A DNA stretch of 49,927 nucleotides, from assembly GCA_964609705.1 (NCBI GenBank), contig CAZSTT010000003.1, positions 1,354-51,280 of the forward strand, given 5' to 3'. Every line of letters starts with the position of its first letter. The first letter of the stretch is position 1. Positions 24,431 to 33,231 of the stretch are shown in pieces. A program made the translations under genes and the position numbers. The notes under the pieces were generated by a model. That model saw nothing but the letters and a program-made list of their open reading frames with translations, did no database searches and had not been told where the DNA came from. Origin of the DNA: an uncultured Thermodesulfobacteriota bacterium. Lineage in GTDB: Bacteria; Desulfobacterota; RBG-13-43-22.

Positions 24431-27037
24431 ATGATGACAATATTTAACCTATTCAATAAATGGAAAACCCGGAGTAAAGGTCCGGATAAGGATCGTCTGG
24501 CCCTTTTGTTTCGATATAAATATTCCTCTTTTAAGATGCTCCTGGATTCTAATTTCCAATTCTTGAAGGTCATAACGGACATGGAGGAAATGCTCAGAGG
24601 CCGGCAGATCTTCGGCATGTCTTATGTCAAAACCCAAACGGATCGGGCCATCTTCCATATTTTAAGGATGATTAAAAATATTGATGACTTATCCAATCAT
24701 CGGTATGCCAAGCTCTTTGAAGTGCTGGAGGAAATAAAAACTAAAATCCAATCCGAGCTGGGAGTGAAAAAAGAACCTCCTCCGACCGAGTCCATATTGA
24801 TCTATTCGCAAATTAATAAAGAGATGGTGGACTGGGTGGGAGGAAAAAATGCCAATCTGGGAGAAATTCACAGTCGATTACATCTCCCGGTCCCGGAAGG
24901 GTTTGCCATTACTACCCGGGCCTTTGAGACCTTTTTAAGCAATAATGAACTTTTTGATAAAATCAATGCCATCAAGGTGGAAATCGATCCCAATGATCCG
25001 GAAACCATCAGCCGGGCCAGTAAAGAAATCCAACAGCTCATCCTATCTTCCCCGTTCCCAAGTGAATTGGAGCAAGACATCCGTTCAGCCTATATCCAAA
25101 TGGCTGATCGGATAGGGGAAGCCGGCTCAACGGGTCCCTCGCCCAAAGTGGCCTTGAGAAGCAGTGCCATCGGTGAAGACAGCGAACTCTCCTTTGCCGG
25201 ACAATATCTCTCGGTATTGAATGTTTCCTCCGATCAATTGATTGAGAATTATAAAAAGGTGGTGGCCAGTTTATATACCCCCAGAGCCATGGCCTATCGT
25301 CTGAACAAAGGAATCCGGGATGAGGATATTGCCATGAGTGTGGCCTGCCTTCAGATGATCAACTCCAAATCAAGCGGCGTAATCTATACCCACCATCCTT
25401 TCAATATTTTAGAAGATCATATTACCATGACCGCTGTCTGGGGATTGGGTCCCTATGCGGTAGAAGGGCGAATCACGCCGGACTCCTACACCGTAGCCAA
25501 GGACGGTTCCCTGAATATCCTGGTCACAGCCATTTCACACAAACCGGTCCAGTTAATCAATGATTCCCAAGGCGGAATCAAAGAAGTTCCCGTTCCTGTT
25601 GAAGACCAGGATAGTCCCTGTCTTTCACCGGATCAGATCAGCACTCTGGCCGGATACGCCTTGAAGCTGGAAGACCACTTTAAAAGCCCCCAAGATATTG
25701 AATGGGCCCTGGATGAAACCGGGCGTCTTCTTATCCTCCAATCGCGGCCCCTTCAGGTCCATTCTCCTGAAACCGGTCTTACCTCGATCCCGATGATTCC
25801 CAACTATCCCTTGTTAATCGAGGATGGAGCAGTGGCCTTTCCCGGAATCGGGTTTGGCCCGGCATTTCAGATTCAATCGGATGAAGATCTGTTGAATTTT
25901 CCGGAAGGGGCGGTTCTGGTGGCCAAGCATTCTTCGCCCAAGTTTGTCATGGTCATGAAAAAGGCCCGCGCCATTTTAACTGATCTGGGAAGCGTCACCG
26001 GTCACATGGCCTCTTTGGCCAGAGAGTTTGCCGTTCCCACAATCCTGGACACCCGCCTGGCCACTTCGACGATTCCCAGCGGGATGGAAATTACGGTGGA
26101 TGCCTTCTCGGGACGGGTTTATCAGGGAAACGTTCCGGAGTTGTCGGCTTTTCAGAATACGTCTGAATCACCAATGAAAGGGACGCCGGTTTATCAAATC
26201 TTGAGACGGGTGGCTGACTGGATAGTTCCTCTATCTTTAATGGATCCCAAGGCGGCTAATTTCGCTCCCGAATTTTGTCGGACCCTCCATGATATCGGAC
26301 GACTCGTCCATGAGCGTTCCTATGCTGAGATGTTTCAACTCAGTGATCTGGTCTCCGGAAAAGAAGGGTTCGCTTTTAAACTGAAGGCCAAGATTCCTTT
26401 GGATCTTTACGTGATCGATCTGGGGGAGGGATTACATATTGAAAAAGCCCAGGAAGCCCTTAAAAATATTTCAATTAATAATATTGCTTCTGTGCCGTTT
26501 AAGGCCCTTTTAAAAGGGATGACGCATGAAGCGTTTCAGCAGCCCCAGATACGACCGGTCAGTATAGGTGGATTTTTTTCGGTAATGCGGGAGCAGATGC
26601 TGGCCCCCCCCCAGGCCGGTAATGAACGCTTCGGGGAAAAAAGCTACGCCATCATTTCCGACAAGTATCTTAACTTTAGTTCCCGGGTGGGCTATCATTA
26701 CAGCGTTTTGGATTCTTATTGCGGCCCTATTGATAATATGAATTATATCACTTTTTCTTTCAAGGGGGGGGCGGCGGATGATACCCGCCGCAATCGTCGC
26801 GTTCGGGCTATCGGTTTGATTCTAAAGGCCCTGGATTTTGTGGTGGATGTCAATGGAGACCGGGCAGATGCTCGTTTTCAAAAATATGAGGCCCCCTTGA
26901 TCGAAGAAAAATTGGATCAGCTCGGCCGGTTACTTTTATTTACCCGTCAGATGGATATGCTTATGCACAGTGAGACCAGTGTCGAAGCCCTGGCCAACAA
27001 TTTTCTGGAAGGGAACTATTGCCTTTCCTGCTCCTGA
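24431..27037 (+). CDS. PEP-utilizing enzyme family protein (PPDK_N ATP-grasp plus phosphohistidine swivel domain, non-canonical C-terminal domain)
   Basis: 868 aa. VGGKNANLGE... marks the nucleotide-binding domain. The swivel domain carries a catalytic-His context (LTDLGSVTGHMASLAREFAVPT). The last ~300 aa do not resemble the PEP/pyruvate TIM barrel of PpsA/PPDK. Confidence 0.78.
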   Translation: MMTIFNLFNKWKTRSKGPDKDRLALLFRYKYSSFKMLLDSNFQFLKVITDMEEMLRGRQIFGMSYVKTQTDRAIFHILRMIKNIDDLSNHRYAKLFEVLEEIKTKIQSELGVKKEPPPTESILIYSQINKEMVDWVGGKNANLGEIHSRLHLPVPEGFAITTRAFETFLSNNELFDKINAIKVEIDPNDPETISRASKEIQQLILSSPFPSELEQDIRSAYIQMADRIGEAGSTGPSPKVALRSSAIGEDSELSFAGQYLSVLNVSSDQLIENYKKVVASLYTPRAMAYRLNKGIRDEDIAMSVACLQMINSKSSGVIYTHHPFNILEDHITMTAVWGLGPYAVEGRITPDSYTVAKDGSLNILVTAISHKPVQLINDSQGGIKEVPVPVEDQDSPCLSPDQISTLAGYALKLEDHFKSPQDIEWALDETGRLLILQSRPLQVHSPETGLTSIPMIPNYPLLIEDGAVAFPGIGFGPAFQIQSDEDLLNFPEGAVLVAKHSSPKFVMVMKKARAILTDLGSVTGHMASLAREFAVPTILDTRLATSTIPSGMEITVDAFSGRVYQGNVPELSAFQNTSESPMKGTPVYQILRRVADWIVPLSLMDPKAANFAPEFCRTLHDIGRLVHERSYAEMFQLSDLVSGKEGFAFKLKAKIPLDLYVIDLGEGLHIEKAQEALKNISINNIASVPFKALLKGMTHEAFQQPQIRPVSIGGFFSVMREQMLAPPQAGNERFGEKSYAIISDKYLNFSSRVGYHYSVLDSYCGPIDNMNYITFSFKGGAADDTRRNRRVRAIGLILKALDFVVDVNGDRADARFQKYEAPLIEEKLDQLGRLLLFTRQMDMLMHSETSVEALANNFLEGNYCLSCS

Positions 27038-27411
27038 ATCTGTTTTCGCTCATAGGCTTGATGGATTTTTTCCATTAATTCGTCAATATTCACGGGTTTC
27101 ATGACATAATCAAAAGCCCCTAATTTCATCCCTTCAATGCCTGATTCCAGGGAAGCATGGCCGGTGAGCAGGATCACCTCCGTTAAGGGATTTATTTTCT
27201 TCATTTCCCTTAGGGTTTCAATCCCATCCATCCCGGGCATTTTGACGTCCAGGACGACTACATCAAAAACCATAGCCTCCATCAGGTTCAGGGCCTTTTG
27301 ACCGCTTTCAGCACCGAAAACGTCTAAGTTGCGTTTTTGTAATCGTTTGACCAGGGTTACCCGAAAATCTTCTTCGTCATCCACAATCAAAATATTAAAT
27401 TTTTCTGCCAT
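27016..27411 (-). CDS. single-domain response regulator (CheY-like receiver)
   Basis: ILIVDDEEDF...DVKMPGMDG...LTGH...K are receiver signatures. 131 aa with no output domain. Confidence 0.9.
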   Translation of the reverse strand: MAEKFNILIVDDEEDFRVTLVKRLQKRNLDVFGAESGQKALNLMEAMVFDVVVLDVKMPGMDGIETLREMKKINPLTEVILLTGHASLESGIEGMKLGAFDYVMKPVNIDELMEKIHQAYERKQIQEQERQ

Positions 27412-27508
27412 AACCCTCCCTTTTGCCCATTGGTATAATTGAATGGACTCGAATAAATCAGGATCCTCGGCCCTGGCCTAACGGATATTTCCTGTTCCCG
27501 GATACTCC

Positions 27509-29194
27509 TTATTTGACCGGAAGATAGATGGTAAAGGTCGTGCCCTGGCCTTCTTCACTGGCCACCATGATCCGACCTCCCAGTTTTTCAATTATGCTGT
27601 AAACAATCGAAAGACCTAAGCCTGTGCCCTTGCCCACTTCTTTGGTGGTGAAAAAGGGGTCAAAAATTTTCCCCAGATTTTCCTTGGGGATCCCCGGTCC
27701 ATTATCGGCGATTTCGATCATGATTTCGTTGTTCGAGGAAAGATAAGAGGTCCGGATATGTATTTCCCCGCCCTTTCCAATAGCGTCGATGGCATTGTTG
27801 ATGATATTTAAGAAAACCTGCTGTAACTGGGAGGAATCACTCATAATGGTGGGGAGGTTGGGATAAGGGTCCAATTGGATATCGATATTGCGGAATCGGG
27901 ACTCGTTTTCCAGAAAATCAACCGTTTCATGCAGGGTGGTATTGATATCCACCTGTTCATGGGCGGGTTCCATTCGGCGGGCAAAGCCCAGGAGCCGATG
28001 GGTCACCTTTTTAGCCCGTTCCACATGGAACTCTATCCTTTTGACCGCATCTTCAAATTCCTTGAAGTTTTCACTTTTGGAAAGATCTTCTTCAGCCAGA
28101 AGATCTTTGATCCAACCGGCTTTTTCTCCGATCACCGCCAGAGGATTATTGATCTCATGGGCAATCCCGGCGGCCATTTTCCCCAGGGCGGCCATCTTGC
28201 TGGATTGGATCACCATGTCTTCCCCTGCGGCCTTTTCCCGGTCGACTCTGATTAATTGCTGCATCATGGAGCGGGTGGATAAAAAGGCTCCGATGACGAT
28301 CAACAGAATGCCTCCCAGAAAAAGAAAAGCGGCAATCGTTCGGGCTCTAAGCAAAGGGGTCAACTGTTCCCTGGGGTCTTCTTTGACCACCAGAATCCAG
28401 TTGGTATTGATCATTTGCGTAGCGGCAAAGAGACTATGGACCCCATCGATTTTAATCGATTCCACCTGGGGCTCGACTATTTTGGAAAAATCCGGCGATT
28501 TGGGAAACCCGAAAAGGTCGCCGCTGAATCGAGGGGCGGTTTGAAGGATATTTTTCTTGTTAATGATGAAGGCATCTCCCTTTTTCCCGATTTGGGCGGC
28601 CCGTACGATATTATCGATGATGTCGGAGTTAATGGTTGCCCGCAGGATCCAGCTTTTATCCCCGTTGCGGCTCATGATGGCAATGATGAAATGGGGAAAT
28701 TTTCGATAGCCCAGAAATACATCGCTGATATAAATTCCACTGGACATGGCCGATTGAAACCAGTCCTCATTTTTATAATTGACCTCTTTCAGTTCGGGAT
28801 AGGGACCGATATAAGCCAGGTGATTGCCCTCCTGGTCGATGATTCCGATATCGATATAGGATTTGGAACGGGTCTGCATGGTATAAAAAAGCTTATCTAA
28901 ATAGGTCTCATCACCCAATTGCTTCAAGGAATGGGTATGGGCGATTGTGGCCAGTTGGGAAACCCGTTCATCGAAGAAAAGATCGAGGGCGCTGCGACGG
29001 TTTTCAGACAGGGTTTTCAAATTTTCATATATTTTGGCTGAGTAAGAGACGCTGAACTGATAATAGATGGTAACCCCTAAGGCCACCAGGGGGATTAATG
29101 AAAAACCGAGGGTGGTAAAGATGATTTTAAGCCATAATTTTTTGTAATGTTTTTCTTCCATGCTTTTTGCTTTTACTACCTTATACCATAACAA
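27509..29194 (-). CDS. membrane sensor histidine kinase with periplasmic Cache-like domain
   Basis: Two transmembrane segments flank a ~250-aa Cache-like sensor. H-box [13 protein letters not shown]-box [12 protein letters not shown]-boxes DNGPGI and GKGTGLGLS. The start is TTG 29194 or ATG 29161. Confidence 0.88.
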   Translation of the reverse strand: MLWYKVVKAKSMEEKHYKKLWLKIIFTTLGFSLIPLVALGVTIYYQFSVSYSAKIYENLKTLSENRRSALDLFFDERVSQLATIAHTHSLKQLGDETYLDKLFYTMQTRSKSYIDIGIIDQEGNHLAYIGPYPELKEVNYKNEDWFQSAMSSGIYISDVFLGYRKFPHFIIAIMSRNGDKSWILRATINSDIIDNIVRAAQIGKKGDAFIINKKNILQTAPRFSGDLFGFPKSPDFSKIVEPQVESIKIDGVHSLFAATQMINTNWILVVKEDPREQLTPLLRARTIAAFLFLGGILLIVIGAFLSTRSMMQQLIRVDREKAAGEDMVIQSSKMAALGKMAAGIAHEINNPLAVIGEKAGWIKDLLAEEDLSKSENFKEFEDAVKRIEFHVERAKKVTHRLLGFARRMEPAHEQVDINTTLHETVDFLENESRFRNIDIQLDPYPNLPTIMSDSSQLQQVFLNIINNAIDAIGKGGEIHIRTSYLSSNNEIMIEIADNGPGIPKENLGKIFDPFFTTKEVGKGTGLGLSIVYSIIEKLGGRIMVASEEGQGTTFTIYLPVK

Positions 29195-29349
29195 AAACTG
29201 GAAAGGGATTTTTTTTCCTGCACTAAATTCAAGGCCCGGTTATCGAAGATATGGAGAACGTCTGTTTCTTGATTTGTTGAGCCCCCCCTTTTATTAAAAT
29301 GTAAATTCCCTAGGTTTATAAAATTATCCGGGGAATTGGGTGAACTTGC

Positions 29350-30135
29350 TCAAGTGCGGGAAATAATAAACCCCGGACGAACATTCAGACTTGGATCCAC
29401 CAGGGCCGTTGAATGATTTTCAAAAACCTCTCCCGCGATTATTGATCCCCGGGGGGTTCCCTGATGGTCGATAACCCGAAGGCTGTTTCCCGCCTGAATT
29501 CCCTGTTTACTCCCGAGCCCAAAGGAAATCTCACAACCTGTTTCCCCATTACGGACCCGATAAACTTCGGCTTTCCCTTGTTCCCCCAAAAGGCTTTCCG
29601 TTTTATGAGAAAGATAAAAAACAAAACCAAAGGTAAAGATAATCAAAGGGATCAGGAAAAGACCGGCCTGCCAGGCATAAATTCCAAGAGAACACACCAG
29701 ATAAGATTTTGAATTTCTTTGTAATTCCCTCAGGTCTTGATACACCCGGATTTGGGAAAGAGAAGAAGATTTACCGGTCGGGGATTTCTTAGGCTGAACC
29801 GTTAGTTGATAGCGACCGGGTGGAGTGCTCCGGTTGATGCTCAAATTTCCGTTCCATTGATACCCTCCCAACCAGAAGCCTGTCTGTATTGCTTCCAACT
29901 CGAGCTGAATATCCGGGGAATTGGTTTGATAGGTCAACTCACTGACCTGTTCTGTTTTTCCCGCCAGGGAACCGCTGACCGCCAGGCGGTCCCCCGGCAA
30001 ACCGGAAAATAGGTTAGGAGGTTCTCTGAATCTGGAAACCAGGGCATCGATTATAATCAGAAAGAGAAGGATACATAAAAAAGACCCTATTCTTCCTGCC
30101 CAGCGGCTCCAGGTTGATGTTTGTTTTAGATTCAT
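29350..30135 (-). CDS. hypothetical membrane protein (two TM segments, C-terminal beta-rich domain)
   Basis: ORF 29350..30180. The ATG at 30135 gives MNLKQTSTWSRWAGRIGSFLCILLFLIIIDALV (TM1), and a second transmembrane segment lies around residue 165. I recognise no family. Confidence 0.45.
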   Translation of the reverse strand: MNLKQTSTWSRWAGRIGSFLCILLFLIIIDALVSRFREPPNLFSGLPGDRLAVSGSLAGKTEQVSELTYQTNSPDIQLELEAIQTGFWLGGYQWNGNLSINRSTPPGRYQLTVQPKKSPTGKSSSLSQIRVYQDLRELQRNSKSYLVCSLGIYAWQAGLFLIPLIIFTFGFVFYLSHKTESLLGEQGKAEVYRVRNGETGCEISFGLGSKQGIQAGNSLRVIDHQGTPRGSIIAGEVFENHSTALVDPSLNVRPGFIISRT

Positions 30136-30308
30136 CAATATTCGTTGGCTATAGGCTAAGGGCAATGGGTAGATAGCCAACTGGTTACGGGTTAAAGGTC
30201 CAAGGTTTAAACAAGAGAGAAATTGTTTGAAAATACTTTTTTACATGAAACCATTAACCTTAAACCCCTTTTTCGTTGTTCTATTGCCCATAGCCTTGTG
30301 CCTCAAGC

Positions 30309-30917
30309 CTATTTCTTAAAAATATCCGTTTTAGTGACGTTCATAAACCGCCGGGCCTTTCCCTTTTCCTTGTAATAAATACGGACCTCATCACCGGAAT
30401 CCCAGGTATTTTCCGGCAAGGCCAAGTATTCTTCGGGAAGGGAAAAGGTGATCAGGGTTTGTTGTCTTTTTGAATAAAGGGTTATGGTTTTCTTTTCCCG
30501 ATCAATAACCGGAAATGGTTTTGGTTTATCCTTTTCTTTATCAAAGACCAAAGGATCCTCTTTGTTGATATTTTCCTTTTGATCCACCAGGGTATATTGA
30601 AGGGTTTTAAAGTCTTGAGTCCTGGTATCGAAAATGACAATCTGTTTCTTGGGGATATCCAGTTTCATGCGTAATCCGACCTTCGGGTCCGGTCCCATTT
30701 CCTCAAGATTGGTGGGAAGGGTATAGGTTATGGGCGGGAGATAACTGTACTCCGGGTTTTGGGGATCGGCATTTTTATCCAGGATCAAGGTTGCCGTCCC
30801 TTTGGCTTTATCGAATTGAATAACCCTGCCTTGGTCCACCTTGCCCAATTCTCCGCAACCCAGGGTTATCATGATCGGCATCAACGTTAGTGCGATTATC
30901 CAATAGATTTTTTTCAT
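30309..30917 (-). CDS. uncharacterized lipoprotein
   Basis: MKKIYWIIALTLMPIMITLGC is a signal peptide with a lipobox (LGC). Shine-Dalgarno AGAGGTG. The gene starts 14 nt after the stop of the upstream TauE-like gene. Confidence 0.6.
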   Translation of the reverse strand: MKKIYWIIALTLMPIMITLGCGELGKVDQGRVIQFDKAKGTATLILDKNADPQNPEYSYLPPITYTLPTNLEEMGPDPKVGLRMKLDIPKKQIVIFDTRTQDFKTLQYTLVDQKENINKEDPLVFDKEKDKPKPFPVIDREKKTITLYSKRQQTLITFSLPEEYLALPENTWDSGDEVRIYYKEKGKARRFMNVTKTDIFKK

Positions 30918-30931
30918 AAGGCACCTCTTTC

Positions 30932-31981
30932 CTATCTTTTCTTCATGGCCAGCTCTTGTTTGGCCCCTTGGAGCATTTTAACCAAAATATAGATGGATAA
31001 AGCACTGACCAATCCCAGGACCAGAACGGTCGCTGAACCATCCAACAGGGCTTTCCAGGCCGGTAAATACTTAGGAAGGAGTTTCATGATCACCGAAATT
31101 CCGCAGCCGATAACCGCCAGCCCAAAAGCGATTCGGATCCCATAACCCTTGATGTATTTGGTGGCTACGGTTCCTATCTGCGCCCCGATAGCCGCGCCGA
31201 TCAACATGATCAGGGCGGCCACGAGTTCGGTCCGGCCTTTAAAGGTATAAGTGCCGGCCCCGTACAATCCGGATATCATCACTTCAAACAGATCGGTTCC
31301 CACCGCCACATGGGTTGGGCATCCGACAAAATAAATCAAAGCCGGCATGCGGATCAATCCGCCGCCGATCCCCAGGATCCCGGCCAGCCAACCGGTTAAA
31401 AAGCTGACGAAGATCGGCAGCCAGGCGGTGCAATAGATCTGGGCCGCCGTGAAATGCATCATGGGAGGAATCTTGATTTTGTGCAGGGTCTTGTGCCATT
31501 CAATACCGGTGGCCAGATTATCCAATTCCTGTCCCGCGGCCTTGAGTTCTTTCTCCTTCTTTCGTTTCTTAAATACATCGGCGAAAACCATCCAGGCGAT
31601 CAAGGTCAACAAAATAATATATAACCAGCGAACGTATAAATCCACTTTACCCAAACGTTCGAACCACATGATCATTTGCGCCCCGATTTCAAATCCAACA
31701 ATGGTGCCGATGAGCATTATGAACCCAAGTTTATAGTCAACATTGCCGAACTTGCCGTGGCGCAGGGTAGAAATCAAGGATTTGCCGGCCATGTGAGCCA
31801 CATCGGTTCCGATGGCAAAAGCCATGGGAAAACCAAGGATATTAAGCCCCGGGGTAACCATCCAGGCCCCGCCCATTCCAAAAAATCCGCCAATTATTCC
31901 GACTCCTAATCCCAGGATAACCAGTCCCGGCCAGAAGATGGTTACACCGGAAATAGGCATTAAGACATATAACCAATCCAT
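30932..31981 (-). CDS. TauE/SafE (TSUP) family anion permease
   Basis: A polytopic membrane protein with two homologous halves and glycine-rich helices (GGFFGMGGAWM; GILGIGGGLIRMP), typical of the TSUP/TauE family. The ATG at 31981 follows GAGGAGG. Confidence 0.85.
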   Translation of the reverse strand: MDWLYVLMPISGVTIFWPGLVILGLGVGIIGGFFGMGGAWMVTPGLNILGFPMAFAIGTDVAHMAGKSLISTLRHGKFGNVDYKLGFIMLIGTIVGFEIGAQMIMWFERLGKVDLYVRWLYIILLTLIAWMVFADVFKKRKKEKELKAAGQELDNLATGIEWHKTLHKIKIPPMMHFTAAQIYCTAWLPIFVSFLTGWLAGILGIGGGLIRMPALIYFVGCPTHVAVGTDLFEVMISGLYGAGTYTFKGRTELVAALIMLIGAAIGAQIGTVATKYIKGYGIRIAFGLAVIGCGISVIMKLLPKYLPAWKALLDGSATVLVLGLVSALSIYILVKMLQGAKQELAMKKR

Positions 31982-32123
31982 GTGATATTTCCTCCTCAAT
32001 AAGCTTATGATCTTAGAAACAGTTTATATTCAAAAGAATTCAGGGGTTCAAAGGGGCAAGAATTCCGATGAAAGTCTTGAATGATAAAATTATGAATCCT
32101 CCTCTTTTGAACCGTAAAGGCTT

Positions 32124-32420
32124 CTAATGTTCCGACAATTCCCTGGATGTCAAGTCAATTCCAATCCGTTTCATCACGAAATCCGCAACTAATCCCAGGA
32201 TCAACCCCACTACCGGTATCGTTATAACCGTCACAGCGGTAAAGTAGGCATGGCTTTCATTGTAAAGGTTGGCCCACCAGGCCTGCCAGCCCGTCAATCG
32301 GCGGGTATCGGCCACAATAACAATTAAATCTGCTTTTTCTCCTGCGGCCAAGGCAAGCTCAGGGATAAATAAAAGTCCCATCCCGACCAGAAATACTATT
32401 TTTTTCCACAATCCCTGCAT
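32124..32420 (-). CDS. small secreted/membrane-anchored hypothetical protein
   Basis: The ATG at 32420 follows a perfect AAGGAGG. The product (98 aa) has a signal peptide (MQGLWKKIVFLVGMGLLFIPELALA) and a C-terminal transmembrane helix. The longer ORF-track start (32564) lacks support. Confidence 0.55.
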   Translation of the reverse strand: MQGLWKKIVFLVGMGLLFIPELALAAGEKADLIVIVADTRRLTGWQAWWANLYNESHAYFTAVTVITIPVVGLILGLVADFVMKRIGIDLTSRELSEH

Positions 32421-32494
32421 TGTTTTCCTCCTTACCAAAATTAAAGGCGAATTTATAACCCTAAGGGCATTTCTTTCCTTGTGATAAAAAGCAC

Positions 32495-32509
32495 GCAATA
32501 TCCATGCCA
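32495..32509 (-). promoter_or_regulatory. sigma-54 (-24/-12) promoter upstream of the small-protein/TauE cluster
   Basis: The minus strand reads TGGCATGGATATTGC, against the consensus TGGCAC-N5-TTGC. The GG-to-GC spacing is correct with one mismatch. It lies ~75-89 nt upstream of the ATG at 32420. Confidence 0.55.
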
Positions 32510-32619
32510 GAACTCCGAATAGGTCCCCCTGGCAAGTAAAATTAAAAAAATTATTTGATAACAATATGTTAAAAATATACGGCCAATCCCTGTAATCAGA
32601 ATAAATTTTTTTCTGAATC

Positions 32620-32889
32620 TTACAAAACCAGAATTGTAAAAAAAATATTACACTTTGTAAAAGTTTTTCTGGTAATTATCAATTGGTGTTTAGACGAAGC
32701 AGGGGGAGTTCCTAGATTCGAAATTTTAACCTCTGGTTTAAGTAAGATAACCCAGAAAAGTAAATACCCGCCTCGGCGGCTTAGAAAGATACAAGGTTCT
32801 TTCATGAAAGGCAATAAAGCGGGAACGGCCTCCTGATTGATATCAGCAATTAAATGGGTCAAACTTAAGAGAACCAAGGATTCCTTCAA
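32620..32889 (-). pseudogene. possible remnant of an MFS (Fsr-like) transporter N-terminus
   Basis: Only the first ~30 codons (SLVLLSLTHLIADINQEAVPALLPFMKE) resemble the TM1 region of Fsr-type MFS transporters. The rest of the ORF is not protein-like. Confidence 0.3.
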
Positions 32890-33006
32890 GAGCGATCAGG
32901 GGGGGTAGTATCCTGATTTGGTTTTCAAATTAGGACACTACCGATCAGGGTTTATTCTTGACTAATTATGGAAAATAATTTAATATTCGTTGTTTAATTT
33001 CTTTAA

Positions 33007-33195
33007 CACGAAAATAGGATTCAAGGCTGCTCGTTACTCCAGCCTATTTTGATGTCCAGGCTTCGAATGGAAGCCTCTTCTAAAGCTCGACATACGGCAT
33101 CCGAATGGATGCCTCTTGAGGAGCTCGGCAAAGCCGTGCGGGCCGAGCGGATCGTGGTGTCACGCCACCCAAGACGTAGCCTGACGTTTTAGTCT
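33007..33195 (+). repeat. modular multi-hairpin intergenic repeat, copy C (M1, M2 twice, M3, M4; most complete)
   Basis: GAAAATAGG (33010-33018) ... CCTATTTT (33043-33050). AGGCTTC-gaatg-GAAGCCT (33058-33076). GGCATCC-gaat-GGATGCC (33096-33113). GAGCTCGGCAAAGCCG... M4 is GTCAcGCCAC-N7-GTAGCcTGAC (33159-33185). Confidence 0.85.
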
Positions 33196-33231
33196 TGTAA
33201 ATAATTGTAACGGGTTTAAAGGACTTAGTCA

